Positions 36,405 through 46,488 of a stretch of 64,000 nt of DNA are shown piece by piece; position 1 is the first letter of the stretch; every line of letters begins with the position of its first letter. The notes below the pieces were generated by a model. It did not search any database, had not been told where the DNA came from, and worked only from the letters and a program-made list of their open reading frames with translations. A program made the position numbers and the translations under genes. This DNA comes from Thermoplasmatota archaeon (GTDB taxonomy: Archaea > Thermoplasmatota > E2 > JACPAO01 > JAHFTW01): contig DATLBS010000016.1 in assembly GCA_035526765.1 (NCBI GenBank), positions 8,681 through 72,680 on the forward strand, in the 5' to 3' direction.

Positions 36405-36612
36405 GCTCTCAGGTCCCTTGGACAGGAGGGGACACATAAGCGCCACCGTTGGAAACAACTTGCCGGGAGTTGTAAGGGACTCGCGACGTCCGCCCACCCA
36501 CGGCCCCGAATGGAGAACGGAACCCGAAACCTGCAGGCAAGGGGACAGAGCTCACTCTGGTATCTGTGTCCTCGGGGGCTGGGCAGGAGTGTTGGGGAGG
36601 CGGTTGGATGGG

Positions 36613-37719
36613 CTACTGCGCCGGTTCCTTGAGGCGGACGCGCTTCATGCCCTCGGCCGCCTTCTTCCAGCCCTCGACGCGGGCCTCGGTGATCTTGATG
36701 CCGACCACCGTGGTCTCGAGCGAGTCGAGGTAGTCGTTGACCTGCTGCGTGACGGTGGAGGCGGCGCGGCGCTTGAGGGCCGCGATGCCGTCGATGCCGC
36801 TGCGGGCCAGGGCCTCCGCGTACTGGGGGCCGATCCCCTTCACCTTGACCAGCTCGGCCATGGCCTGCCACTGCTGGACGGTCTTGATGGGCACGCCGAC
36901 CTTGCTGGCCAGCTTGGCCGCGTCCTCGAAACACAGGCGCGCTGTCGTGTGGATGCCGGCCGCGCGCAGCTTGTCGCCGTAGATGGCGCCAATCCCCTCG
37001 ATGTCCTCGACAGGGTGGACGTCGCCCGGGTAGTCGTAGTACGCCCGCTCCGTGGGCACCGCGACGCGGGCAGGCCGGGCCACGCGTTCCTGCAGCTGCT
37101 GCACGAACTGGCGACCGTCGGCGGCCTTCCCCGTGGCGGGCACGCTGCCGTCCCGCTTCCGGGAAGACGGGAAAAGCTTGGAGCGGTAGGGTTCGGGCAC
37201 GTCGTCCGGGCCCAGCTGGGGGCGCGCCGGCACCGCCTGCTGGCCCTGCAGGGGCAGCTGCGCCGCGCCGTCGGGGCCGGCCAGGAGGGTGCGCATCTTG
37301 AGGGTCGTGCCGCCCGCGTCGACGCGGATGTAGTCGTTCGTGTAGACGGCCCGCTCCACGGGCCGGGGGTACGTGTAGGCCACCGTGTCCTGGCGCTCGG
37401 TGGGCTGCCAGGAACGGTACGCGGTGGTCACCGTGGGGATGTCGTACACGACGACGTCGGGGCCCATGCGGGGCGTGGGCTTGGCAAGGTGGGCGTGCTG
37501 GGTGGCGCGCATCTCCTCGGTGACCTCGAGGGCCTGGAACTCGATGGCCTGGGCATCCGCGGCGGGATCCGTCGCCCATTGCGCGGGCTGCGCCCCGGCC
37601 TGCATGGCGCCGGCGCGACGGCGGCGGCCCGACTGGGCAAGGACCAGGACCAGCAGGAACACGACGAGGACGCCCAGGGCGACCAAGGAAGCGACAAGGG
37701 TGGGGTCCAGGGCGGCCAT
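36613..37719 (-). CDS. paralogous membrane protein with tandem helix-hairpin-helix repeats (DUF4332-like)
   Basis: Internal ATG MAALDPTLVASLVALGVLVVFLLVLVLA (TM). C-terminus reads IEGIGAIYGDKLRAAGIHTTARLC...QQWQAMAELVKVKGIGPQYAEALARSGI, near-identical in motif to 7487..8725. Confidence 0.65.
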   Translation of the reverse strand: MAALDPTLVASLVALGVLVVFLLVLVLAQSGRRRRAGAMQAGAQPAQWATDPAADAQAIEFQALEVTEEMRATQHAHLAKPTPRMGPDVVVYDIPTVTTAYRSWQPTERQDTVAYTYPRPVERAVYTNDYIRVDAGGTTLKMRTLLAGPDGAAQLPLQGQQAVPARPQLGPDDVPEPYRSKLFPSSRKRDGSVPATGKAADGRQFVQQLQERVARPARVAVPTERAYYDYPGDVHPVEDIEGIGAIYGDKLRAAGIHTTARLCFEDAAKLASKVGVPIKTVQQWQAMAELVKVKGIGPQYAEALARSGIDGIAALKRRAASTVTQQVNDYLDSLETTVVGIKITEARVEGWKKAAEGMKRVRLKEPAQ

Positions 37720-37745
37720 ATCAGGAGTTCCAAGGAGGGGCCGGT

Positions 37746-38414
37746 TTATGGTTTTGCTGCTTCGCTCAGGTGGCGAAAGAGCGCCACGGCGGCCTTGCCG
37801 CGGTGGCTGAGGCGGCCCTTGGCGGCCTCGTCCATCTCCGCGAACGTGGCCGCGTGGCCCTCGGGCACGAAGACGGGGTCGAAGCCGAAGCCCGAGGTGC
37901 CTGCGGGCCGCTCCGCGATGCGGCCCCGGCAGGTCCCCTCGAAGTGGTGGAGGGCTCCCGCGGCGTCCACGTAGCACAGGTCGGCCTGGAAGGCGGCGGA
38001 GCGCATCTCCAGCTCGACGTCGCGCAGCAGGCGCAGGAGCCCGGCGACGCCGACCGTCTCCAGGGCATGGCGGCTGTAGACTCCCGGGAAGCCCCGCAGG
38101 GCCGCGACGAAGAGCCCGGAGTCCTCCAGCATGAAGGGGGCCTGCAGCCCCTGCGCCAGCAGTTGCCTGGCGCCGGCCTCCGTCACGTCGCGCAGGGTGG
38201 CGGCCTGCGGCTCCTGGTATCCCCGCGCGTCGCCGACGACCTCGATGCCCAGGGGCGACAGCATGGCGGACATCTCGGACAGCTTGCCCGGGTTGCCGGT
38301 GACGAAGGTGAGCCGGCGGGGCGCGGGTGCCTGCCCGGGCGGTGTGGACGCGGCGGCGGGATGGGTCGGCCGGCGGACCGGGGCATGGGTGGGCGGCAGG
38401 TCGACGCGCGGCAT
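37746..38414 (-). CDS. non-canonical purine NTP pyrophosphatase (Ham1/RdgB/ITPase family); N-terminus uncertain
   Basis: LTFVTGNPGKLSE...FGFDPVFVPEGHAATFAEM...SHRGKA signature. Confidence 0.8.
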   Translation of the reverse strand: MPRVDLPPTHAPVRRPTHPAAASTPPGQAPAPRRLTFVTGNPGKLSEMSAMLSPLGIEVVGDARGYQEPQAATLRDVTEAGARQLLAQGLQAPFMLEDSGLFVAALRGFPGVYSRHALETVGVAGLLRLLRDVELEMRSAAFQADLCYVDAAGALHHFEGTCRGRIAERPAGTSGFGFDPVFVPEGHAATFAEMDEAAKGRLSHRGKAAVALFRHLSEAAKP

Positions 38415-39055
38415 CAGTGGTACCTGCCACGGCCGCGGATGTCATCAAGCCGCTGCAGGACCGCCGGGGCGCACCGGGCCGTGGCGCGGTACCCTTCCAA
38501 CAGGGCGGCAAAAAGGGTCGCGTGGCGGGCATCGGTGGCGGCCAGGGCCTCCTCCACGAGGTGCAGGTCGACGCCGCGCGGCTCCGGCTCCTCGCCGAAG
38601 GCGCCGAGGCCGAAGTCGATGAGGACGAGGGAATCCACGGACCCGGGCTCCGGCACGAGCACGTTGCTGGTGGTGAGGTCGCCGTGCGTCAGGCCGGCAT
38701 CGTGCAGGGTGCCCGCCAGGCGTCCGAGCCGTGCGAGGCGGGCGTGCGCCGTCGCGTCGTCGTCCGCCTCCAGGACGCTGCGCAGCGTCGGCCCTGGGAT
38801 GCGCTCGAGCACGAGGGTGCTGGTGGCGCGGTCGGCGTCGTAGAGGATGGGCACGGCGACGCCGGCGCGCCGCGCCGCCAGCAGCAGGGCGGCCTCGTCG
38901 CGCGTGCGCTCGCCGCGCAGCCGGTCGTCGAGTCGCGGGTGGCGGTAAGGCTTGGGGAGCCTTTGCTTGGCGACGCAGTCGCGGCCCAGCCATGCAACGG
39001 GCACCACGGTGGCCTCCGCGCCGAGCCGGGGGGCCACGCCCACGCTCACCGCCAC
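38414..39055 (-). CDS. bud32: Bud32-family atypical protein kinase (KEOPS subunit), with a GTG start overlapping the kae1 stop
   Basis: Kinase motifs GDLTTSNVLV and LIDFGLG. Starts in a different frame inside the last codons of kae1. Confidence 0.7.
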   Translation of the reverse strand: MAVSVGVAPRLGAEATVVPVAWLGRDCVAKQRLPKPYRHPRLDDRLRGERTRDEAALLLAARRAGVAVPILYDADRATSTLVLERIPGPTLRSVLEADDDATAHARLARLGRLAGTLHDAGLTHGDLTTSNVLVPEPGSVDSLVLIDFGLGAFGEEPEPRGVDLHLVEEALAATDARHATLFAALLEGYRATARCAPAVLQRLDDIRGRGRYH

Positions 39056-40068
39056 GTCACCTCGACCTCGTCGGTCCGCTGGTAGGGCCGGACCTGGCTC
39101 TGCTCCAGCGGGGTGGGGTCGCCCGCGCGCAGCTTGAGGTGGCCCAGCCAGGCGATCATGGCGCCGTTGTCCACCAGCACGTCGCGCGGCGGGCAGTGCA
39201 GCGAGGCCCCGCGCGCCTCGCACATGCCGCGTGCCATGGCCTGCAGGCGCGCGTTGCAGGCGACGCCGCCGCCCAGCACCAGCTCGGTGCGGCCCGTGTG
39301 CGCCAGCGCGCGCTCGGCGGTCTCCACGAGGGCCCCGAAGGCATGCTCCTGGAAGGCGAAGCTGGCCTCCGCCAGGGGGACTCCCTCCTCGACGAGGCGC
39401 TGCGCGGCGGTTGCGAGGCCCGCGAAGCTCATGTCCATGCCCTTGACGGTGTAGGGCAGGGGGTGCCAGCTCCCGGAGGCGCCTGCCGCCCATTGCTCGA
39501 CCTGCGGTCCGCCGGGGAAGGGGACCCCGTTCTCGCGCGCGAACTTGTCGAGGGCGTTGCCGAGGCCGATGTCGAGGGTCTCGCCGAAGACGCGGTAGCG
39601 GCCACGGGCGAAGGCCAGCACCTGCGTGTTGGCGCCCGAGGCGTAGAGCAGCATCGGGTCATGGGCGCCTGTCATCCCCCGGCCCACTTCGAGGTGCGCG
39701 ACGCAGTGGTTGACGCCGGCCAGGGACTTGCCGTGCCGCAGCGCGAGGGCGCGCGCCATGGTGGCGGCGACCCGCAGGCACGGACCGAGGCCGGGGCCTT
39801 GGCTGAAGGCGACGCCATCGAGGTCGGCGGGCGACAGTCCCGCCCGGTCGAGCGCCCTGTGGAGGAGGGCGGGGGCGGCCTCGGCGTGCTGGTGGGCCGC
39901 CTCGCGGGGATGGATGCCTGCGGCGGGGCCGCCCGGCCGGGTCGGCGGCTGCGTGGCGGGGCGGGCCATGGCGCGCTCGTTGGCCAGGACGTGGCAGCGA
40001 CCGTCCCGTTCCTCGACGATGCCGACGCCCAGGGTGTGGGCGGTCCCCTCGATCCCCAGGACTGGCAT
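39046..40068 (-). CDS. kae1: tRNA N6-adenosine threonylcarbamoyltransferase Kae1 (KEOPS)
   Basis: MPVLGIEGTAHTLGVGIV...HCVAHLEVG...GGGVACNARL. ASKHA fold with metal-binding His pair. Confidence 0.85.
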   Translation of the reverse strand: MPVLGIEGTAHTLGVGIVEERDGRCHVLANERAMARPATQPPTRPGGPAAGIHPREAAHQHAEAAPALLHRALDRAGLSPADLDGVAFSQGPGLGPCLRVAATMARALALRHGKSLAGVNHCVAHLEVGRGMTGAHDPMLLYASGANTQVLAFARGRYRVFGETLDIGLGNALDKFARENGVPFPGGPQVEQWAAGASGSWHPLPYTVKGMDMSFAGLATAAQRLVEEGVPLAEASFAFQEHAFGALVETAERALAHTGRTELVLGGGVACNARLQAMARGMCEARGASLHCPPRDVLVDNGAMIAWLGHLKLRAGDPTPLEQSQVRPYQRTDEVEVTWR

Positions 40069-40138
40069 CGCGGGGCGACCCTGGGCACGCGTGTTAAGGC
40101 TGCGGCTGGCGCGTCGTGGGAGGTCAAGCGGCAGCGGG

Positions 40139-40504
40139 CTACAGGTTCGCCGGGACGTCCTTGGCGGCGCCCTTCTTGGCGGCTTCCTGGATCTTCTTGC
40201 TGCGCATCTTGGCGTCGTAGCCGGTGGCGCCCTCGAGGAACTCGTTCCAGCGGCGCTGCGTGTCCTGCGCGACCTGCAGGGCTTCCTTGTCGCCGGCTGC
40301 GACCTTCACGGCGAAGCCCTTGTCGGTGACGGTGTCGACCTGGAACTCCTTCTTGCCTTCGTAGCGGACCTTGATCTGGGGCATGCTGCCGTAGGCGCCG
40401 CACAGCCAGTCGCCCTCCTTCTTGTGCGAATCGAAGCAGGCGTCGAAGATGTCCGGGAGGCTGACCTTGGCGGCGTGGCCCGGCTTGACGGGGTAGGACT
40501 GCAT
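40139..40504 (-). CDS. hypothetical small protein (about 121 aa) with a Lys/Ala-rich C-terminus
   Basis: Internal ATG MQSYPVKPG. Ends ...KKIQEAAKKGAAKDVPANL. No family recognised. Confidence 0.45.
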   Translation of the reverse strand: MQSYPVKPGHAAKVSLPDIFDACFDSHKKEGDWLCGAYGSMPQIKVRYEGKKEFQVDTVTDKGFAVKVAAGDKEALQVAQDTQRRWNEFLEGATGYDAKMRSKKIQEAAKKGAAKDVPANL

Positions 40505-40569
40505 CGGCCATGGCACTTGCGGTACCGCCTTGAGCCTTGCGAGGGGGGCAAGGGCGCCGTGGGGATGCA

Positions 40570-40660
40570 AGCCTTGTGTGCGCGTAGGGTCGATGGCCGA
40601 GCGCTCCACGTTCGGTCCTGGATCATTTGACAGGCCAACACCCTGTGTGGTGGGGGAGGT
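40570..40660 (-). repeat. intergenic repeat family, copy C
   Basis: Reverse complement reads CGTGCTAGACCTCCCCCACCACACAGGGTGTTGGCCTGTCAAATGATCCAGGACCGAACGTGGAGCGCTCGGCCATCGACCC. Confidence 0.55.
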
Positions 40661-40925
40661 CTAGCACGAAGGTTGCCTTGTGGTGCGCGCAGCGCACTGC
40701 CACGCAACCGCCGCGACACCCCCTCGCGGGCGCGGCTGCGCGCGCCCCTATTCCATCGCTTGCTCGAACGACGCGCCGCCGCCACCCACCCGTCCACCTT
40801 GAGCTCGGGTCTTCACGGCGACCGATGGCTCGTCAGCTTGATTGCAGGCAGATCAACAAGGAGCGACTTCGTGCCGCTACGGATGCAGAAGCGAGCCAAA
40901 ATCAGCGTCCAGGTCCTTGGTGCGC

Positions 40926-41612
40926 CTATTCGAGGTGCCGCAGCAATCCCTGCGGGGACGCCACGACAAGGTCCGCGGAGGGATGGGACGGCGCCGTCGG
41001 GTCCACCCACACGGTCCGCATCCCCAGTGCGTGTGCTGGCTCGATGTCGAAGTCGAGGGAGTCCCCGACCATCAAGGCCTCCTCGGGCCGCACGCCAAGC
41101 TTGTCCAGCACGTGCAGGAACGCCTGTGGCGAGGGCTTCCAGTGGCCGATCTCGCCGGAGATGCCCACGTAGTCCACCAGCGGCCCGAGGCGGAACTGCT
41201 CGACCTTGGGCCGCTGCACGTGGCCCGGCCCGTTGGTCAGCAGCGCCACGCGCGCGCCAAGCTGGCGCGAGGCGGCGATGGCCTCGGTGGCCCCGGGCAG
41301 AAGGCGCAGGTGCTGCACGACGTGGAGCCGGAAGTGCTCCCCCAGCGTCTCCCCCAGCAGGGTGCCCTGCGTGCCCAGGCGCTGGCTCAGCAGCCCGAGG
41401 CGCTCGCCGATGTACCACCACCGGCCGGTGGCGCGGAACGAGGCCATGTTGAGCGCCATCACCTGCGCGTACTCGGACCGCACGCGCGGCTCGGGGATGC
41501 CCGCGGCCGCGAAGTGGTCGCGCGCGAGGTCGCCGATGGCGGCGTGCTCCGCCTGCCGCCAATTGATCAGAGTGTCGTCCAGGTCGAACAGGACCGCCTT
41601 GGTGTCCCGCAT
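40926..41612 (-). CDS. HAD-superfamily hydrolase (phosphatase)
   Basis: Internal ATG MRDTKAVLFDLDDTLI (DxD motif I). ...LLTNGP..., K (HWKPSPQ) and GDSLDFDIEPAHALGM (motif IV). Confidence 0.75.
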   Translation of the reverse strand: MRDTKAVLFDLDDTLINWRQAEHAAIGDLARDHFAAAGIPEPRVRSEYAQVMALNMASFRATGRWWYIGERLGLLSQRLGTQGTLLGETLGEHFRLHVVQHLRLLPGATEAIAASRQLGARVALLTNGPGHVQRPKVEQFRLGPLVDYVGISGEIGHWKPSPQAFLHVLDKLGVRPEEALMVGDSLDFDIEPAHALGMRTVWVDPTAPSHPSADLVVASPQGLLRHLE

Positions 41613-41766
41613 CCAGCCCGCGGCACCGAGGGGGGCAGGAGGCTCGCGGGGCACGGCCTCGGATGCGGGACCGGGCCACTTGAAGGCGCCGATGAGGGGA
41701 TTTGTCCCTGGACGATTCAAGGGATGCACGACGCTTCTCAAATAGGAAGAGATCGGACGGGGAGGT

Positions 41767-41982
41767 ATGTTCCGGACCCTGGTGTGGCCCGCCCTCGCCT
41801 TCCTCACGGGCGTGGGGGCCCTGAAGGCGGCGATCCCTCTCGAAAGCCTGGCGCTGATGGCCGTGGGCCTTGCCCTCAGCTCCTTCGGGCTGCTGCGCCT
41901 CATGCTGCGCGACGTGGAGCCGCGCTCGCGCCCGGCCTTCACGCCGATGGCCACCGCGGTCCGCGTCGCCGACGACGACTAG
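41767..41982 (+). CDS. small 2-TM membrane protein (71 aa), hypothetical
   Basis: A strong GGGGAGGT lies 4 nt upstream of the ATG, and an AT-rich patch (ctcaaatagg) upstream. Hydrophobic helices. Confidence 0.45.
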   Translation: MFRTLVWPALAFLTGVGALKAAIPLESLALMAVGLALSSFGLLRLMLRDVEPRSRPAFTPMATAVRVADDD

Positions 41983-42106
41983 GCGACCCCAGCCGGAAGG
42001 CTAGGCGACCCCAGCCGGCAGCGCACCCTTGCAGCGGCGGCCGCAAGGCGGCAGGACGGGGCGAACGCTGGCAATCCTTTCCCCGATGGCAGGCGCGCGG
42101 CGGCGG

Positions 42107-43519
42107 CTAGACCTGGATGGGCACGGGGACGAAGGTGAGGATGAAGACGGCCAGCACGATGGCGGCCAGCACGAGGCGCTTGCGGTCCAGCTGCGTGCGG
42201 TCGTTGAGGGGCGGCGCATGCTGGATGCCCGTCATGAGCAGGAAGAAGGCCATCAGCATCCACGAGTTGAAGAGGAAGGCCAGCACCATGAGGCCCCCCA
42301 CGGCGGCCCACGCCACGTACTTCATGCGCTCTCCCAGCACGGCGCGCGCCACGTGGCCGCCGTCCAGCTGCCCGGCGGGCAGGAGGTTGATGCCGGTGAC
42401 CAGGAGCCCGACCCAGCCGGCCAGGAACGTGGGATGGGTGAGGTAGCCCTCGTTGTGGAACGCCTTGTCGAGGAGCTGCACGAGGAGGGGGTCGCCCAGC
42501 CGGAGCAGCCCGTCGTCCCACTCGAGATCCAGGTCGACGGAGCGGGTGCCCTCGGGCAGGGCGATGGTGCGGCGTTCCCCCGTGCCAGGCCGGAGGCTGC
42601 GGGTGCTGGTGTCCGTCACGGTGGTGCCGTCCGCCTTGTGGAGGGTCGCGGTGGCCGTGTATTCCCATGCCTCGGTGGCCTCGGGGGGTGCCGTGACGTT
42701 GAAGGTGACGAATCCCGCGGTGGCGTTGGCGGCCAGGTGGGCGTGCCCGGATTCCGTGGCCATCGTGAAGGGCGCGTCGGCGGAGAGGATGGGGTGGCCC
42801 ACGTCCGGCAGCGGCTGCGCGCCCGCCCCCGTGAGGAAGGCGCCCAGCAGGATGACGGGCAGGGTCACGAGGAAGCCGACGAGCGGGCCGGCGGCGCCCA
42901 CGTCGAAGAGCGCCTTGCGGTCCGGCATCGGGTCGCGCATCGAGATGAAGGCCCCCAGCGTGCCGAAGGGCACGAGGATGGGTGGGGCCGGGATGAAGAA
43001 CGGGAGGCTGGCCCGCAGCCCGTGCCGGCGGGCGACGACGTAGTGGGCCAGCTCGTGCAGCCCGAGGATGAGCATGAGGGGGAGGGCGAACGTGAGCGCC
43101 CCCCAGGCGAGGTCGCTGGCGTCCCACAGCACGGACCAGTCGAGGTCGCGGCCGCCGGACCTGTAGCCGTGCCACGTGATGGCGCCGGACACCACGGTGG
43201 TGGCAAGGGTGGCGAGGAGCAGCCCGACGTGGAGGCCGGTGCGGTGCTGCGCCGCGGGCGGCCGGCTGGCGACGAAGAGGATGTCCTCGCCGGACTCGCG
43301 GCGCACGAACACCAGCATCTCGGGGTCCGCGGCCTGGATCTCGGCGCGGGCCGCGGCGAAGCGGGCATCGAACTCCTGCGCGGGGAACATGAGGTAGAAC
43401 AGGTGGGCCGCGACGGTGCTCCGGACCTTCTCCTCGCGGGCGTCGTAGACGCGGAAGTGGCGCTGCACGATGCGGCGCAGCGCCGCCTGGTCGAGCCCGC
43501 CGGGCGCCGCCTGGTCCAC
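42107..43519 (-). CDS. site-2 protease, M50-family zinc metallopeptidase (start possibly a downstream ATG)
   Basis: HELAHY (HExxH) within a TM helix, plus an LLPAGQLDGGHV (LDG) motif. Has an inserted extracytoplasmic domain. Confidence 0.8.
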   Translation of the reverse strand: MDQAAPGGLDQAALRRIVQRHFRVYDAREEKVRSTVAAHLFYLMFPAQEFDARFAAARAEIQAADPEMLVFVRRESGEDILFVASRPPAAQHRTGLHVGLLLATLATTVVSGAITWHGYRSGGRDLDWSVLWDASDLAWGALTFALPLMLILGLHELAHYVVARRHGLRASLPFFIPAPPILVPFGTLGAFISMRDPMPDRKALFDVGAAGPLVGFLVTLPVILLGAFLTGAGAQPLPDVGHPILSADAPFTMATESGHAHLAANATAGFVTFNVTAPPEATEAWEYTATATLHKADGTTVTDTSTRSLRPGTGERRTIALPEGTRSVDLDLEWDDGLLRLGDPLLVQLLDKAFHNEGYLTHPTFLAGWVGLLVTGINLLPAGQLDGGHVARAVLGERMKYVAWAAVGGLMVLAFLFNSWMLMAFFLLMTGIQHAPPLNDRTQLDRKRLVLAAIVLAVFILTFVPVPIQV

Positions 43520-43582
43520 GCCGCCGCCACCGGGACCTGCGGCTTAAAGGAAGAGGAACCGGGACGAGGGGCGCGCCGGCCG

Positions 43583-44803
43583 TCAGGCAAGCGTGTCGAG
43601 GGTGCGCGCTGCGGAGGCGCCGACGCGCTCACGGTCCGCCTTGGGGGTGAACACCCAGGCCCGCCAGTGGTCCATGCGGGCCTCCTCCAGGACCTTGACG
43701 AGGCGGCTGGCCACCGGCAGGGGCACGAGGTCGCCGTCGCGCTGGCGGACCTGCAGCCGCATCTCGCGGAACTTGGGCGGGTGGGGCACGTCCAGCAGCA
43801 CCAGGCCCTCGTCGACGCCCGCGTCCTGGGCGATCTCGGCAGCAAGGCGCCGGCGTTCGCGGGGCCGGTCGCTGAGGCGCAGCAGGGCCGCCGTGTTGGG
43901 CTGGTCGGGGCGGCCCTCGTAGGCGCGCTTGAACAGGCGGCGGTCCTCCAGGCGGGCGACCAGGGCCGCGGGCCCTCCGCCGCCGGCGCGCAGCCGCTGC
44001 AGCAGGCCGTCGTCGGTCTCGCGCTCCAGCTCGTGCAGCCGGACGCCGGTGGCCTCGATGTGGCCGCGCACCGCGGCCTGCAGCATCGATTCGCTGCTGC
44101 GCACCGTGTGGTGCAGGTACACGGCAGGGTACATCAGGAACCGCGTGGTGAGGATGGCCTCGGCCGCGATGAGGCCGGACTCGTCCAGCACGACGGCGGG
44201 GCCGTCGGGGGAGTCGCCCGCGCGCAGGACCTCGATGAGGCGGTCCGCGTCCACGGCCGTGCGCACGCCGGTGTAGTGGGCGTCACGCAGGAGGTAGTCG
44301 AGGCGGTCGGCATCGAGGCTGCCGCTCACGATGGGGGCCAGGGGTCCCTTGCCGCCGATGCACTCCGCGACGGCCAGGGGGTCGAGTCCTGCCTGCCTGA
44401 GGGGATCCGCCAGCGGGCCCCACCCGACGAGGTCCATGCTGGCCTGCTCGTGGCGGCGGCCCTCCTCCTTCACGAGTTCCTCGAAGGCGTGGCTGAACGG
44501 GCCGTGGCCGACGTCGTGCAGGAGGGCGGCGGCGCGCACCGTGTTGGCCTCCCATTCCCCCAGGCCCAGTGCCTTGGCGAAGCGGCCCGCGAGGTGGTGG
44601 GCGCCAAGGCTGTGCTCGAAGCGCCGGTGGTGCGCACCCGGGTAGACGAGGTGGGCGGTGCCCAGCTGGTGGATGCGGCGCAGGCGCTGCACGACGGCCG
44701 AGTCGACCAGCGGCAGGGCCCAGTCGTCGATGCGGATCGAGCCGTGGATGGGGTCGCGCACCGTGATGGGCAACGGCGGGGCCAAGGCCCCGCCCGTCAT
44801 CAA
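43583..44803 (-). CDS. HD-domain phosphohydrolase (dGTPase/COG1078-like)
   Basis: RFEHSLGAHHLAGRFA...AALLHDVGHGPFSH. ATGA overlap with the upstream membrane protein gene. Confidence 0.75.
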   Translation of the reverse strand: MMTGGALAPPLPITVRDPIHGSIRIDDWALPLVDSAVVQRLRRIHQLGTAHLVYPGAHHRRFEHSLGAHHLAGRFAKALGLGEWEANTVRAAALLHDVGHGPFSHAFEELVKEEGRRHEQASMDLVGWGPLADPLRQAGLDPLAVAECIGGKGPLAPIVSGSLDADRLDYLLRDAHYTGVRTAVDADRLIEVLRAGDSPDGPAVVLDESGLIAAEAILTTRFLMYPAVYLHHTVRSSESMLQAAVRGHIEATGVRLHELERETDDGLLQRLRAGGGGPAALVARLEDRRLFKRAYEGRPDQPNTAALLRLSDRPRERRRLAAEIAQDAGVDEGLVLLDVPHPPKFREMRLQVRQRDGDLVPLPVASRLVKVLEEARMDHWRAWVFTPKADRERVGASAARTLDTLA

Positions 44804-46488
44804 GCAATGGGCCGCGCGCTGGCCTGGGCGTAGCCCAGCGGGCCGCGCGGGCGGAACCATTCCGGGCGCAGCAGGCGGCTCACCATGACGGCGGCGGCCA
44901 GCGCGGCCGCCAGCGCGATGCCGTGCATGACGGCCTGGACGGCGCCGTCCTGCGAGGCAAGCGCCGTCCCCACGGCCACCAGCTGGCCGTGCGTGCTGGA
45001 CTGCGTCCACACGGAGAGCGGCAGCTCGAGCAGGGCGATGGCGACGACGCAGAGCCCGGTGCAGGCGGCCAGCGGCCAGGCCACGCGCGCGCCCTGCAGC
45101 TGGCCGGCGGCGCGCGCAAGGCGCGCGATGGCGACCCCTGCGAGGGCTGCGCCCAGCAGGCGCCAGAGAGCCAGGACCCCGGGGCTGCCGTTGAACTGGA
45201 TGAGGGCGGCATCGGTGGGGTCGTAGTGGGCGGAGAAGGAGTTGCCCAGGCACCACGTGGCCCAAGCGGTGACCAGGAGGAGGGCGGCGCCGGTGCGGGG
45301 GGAGCGCAGCGCCTGCGCGGCCAGGGCGACGGGGGCGCAGGCCAGCATCCAGCCCCAGACGGGGCCGTCAAGTAGCACGGTGGCCAGGCCCGCCAGGGCG
45401 AGGCTGGCGGCGAGGGCCGCCCCGTGGAGGGTGATCCAGAGTGGGGCCGGTGGCGTGCCATGCACGGGGGGCCCGGAGAACAGGCGGACGCCGTCGCGGT
45501 GGATGCGCCAGGCGGGCAGGAGGGGGACGAGGGCCAGGAGGAGGAACTGCAGGTGGGCGCGCAGGTCGGAGCCGAAGGTCTGCCCGGTCTGCAGCAGCGG
45601 CTGCTCGATGCGGTGGAACAGGGTGGCCACGAGGCAGGTGGCCGCCAGGGCGCCGGCCAGCCACGCCTCGACGCGTCCCGCCCCGGTCCAGGCCTCCTCG
45701 CAGAGGGGGCCGGTGCGGGGTTCGCGCAGGAAGCGGATGACCTGCCATGCCTTCGTGGCGCCGGTGACGAGGAGGCCCAGCAGGATGAGGGCGACGAGGG
45801 GGAGGGCCACGCGGTACGGGTCGCCGGCGGGTCCGCCGGGGGTGCCCGTGACGAGCCGGAGCGCGCCCCAGGTGGCCAGGCCGAGGAAGGGGGTGGCCAG
45901 AAGGAGGACCCCGGCCTGGCGGTGGAGGAGTTCGGTGGGGTCGGGGACGGGGGCATCGTCCCAGGGTGCGGGGTCGGCGGGGGCCACGAGGCGCTGCAGG
46001 CCCCAGAGGAGGGCGAGGACGGTGGCGAGCAGGAGGCCGAAGACGGGCAGCAGGGCGGAGGGAAGGGCGGGGCTGTTGGAGGCCAGCAGGTTGTTGGCGA
46101 AGCTGCCGCCGCGGGATCCCTGCGCGGCGAGGAGGAGGACGGTGGGGAAGGCGGTCTGCACGAGGTTCACGAGCACATAGGTCCCCAGGAACAGCACCAA
46201 GAGCGTGCCGCCGCGCTCGAGCCACGCCTGCACGCGCGGGACCCGCCGCATGGTGATGGGGGCGGCCAGGGCGGCGGCCGCGATGGCGATGCCGAGGCCG
46301 ACGAGGACCCCGGTCAGGAGGACGGGGGCGCCGGTGGCGAGGTTCTGGTTGACCTCGGTCTGCGACTGCGTGTCCGGGGCGAGGAAGCCCTCCTCCTGCA
46401 GCTGGGCACCCAGCGCGAGGCCCGCGAGGGCCACGGCGGCGCCGGCGGCCACGACCAGGACGCGGCGTGGCACCTGCATGCCGGCCAA
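44800..46488 (-). CDS. large polytopic membrane protein (more than 12 TM), hypothetical
   Basis: 562 aa of repeated hydrophobic helices. Co-transcribed with the HD-domain protein. Confidence 0.55.
   Translation of the reverse strand: MAGMQVPRRVLVVAAGAAVALAGLALGAQLQEEGFLAPDTQSQTEVNQNLATGAPVLLTGVLVGLGIAIAAAALAAPITMRRVPRVQAWLERGGTLLVLFLGTYVLVNLVQTAFPTVLLLAAQGSRGGSFANNLLASNSPALPSALLPVFGLLLATVLALLWGLQRLVAPADPAPWDDAPVPDPTELLHRQAGVLLLATPFLGLATWGALRLVTGTPGGPAGDPYRVALPLVALILLGLLVTGATKAWQVIRFLREPRTGPLCEEAWTGAGRVEAWLAGALAATCLVATLFHRIEQPLLQTGQTFGSDLRAHLQFLLLALVPLLPAWRIHRDGVRLFSGPPVHGTPPAPLWITLHGAALAASLALAGLATVLLDGPVWGWMLACAPVALAAQALRSPRTGAALLLVTAWATWCLGNSFSAHYDPTDAALIQFNGSPGVLALWRLLGAALAGVAIARLARAAGQLQGARVAWPLAACTGLCVVAIALLELPLSVWTQSSTHGQLVAVGTALASQDGAVQAVMHGIALAAALAAAVMVSRLLRPEWFRPRGPLGYAQASARPIA

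Noticed and set aside
42029-44833. 934-aa plus-strand ORF
   Set aside because: It is antisense to the S2P protease and HD hydrolase genes. It is G/A/R/D-rich with no motifs.
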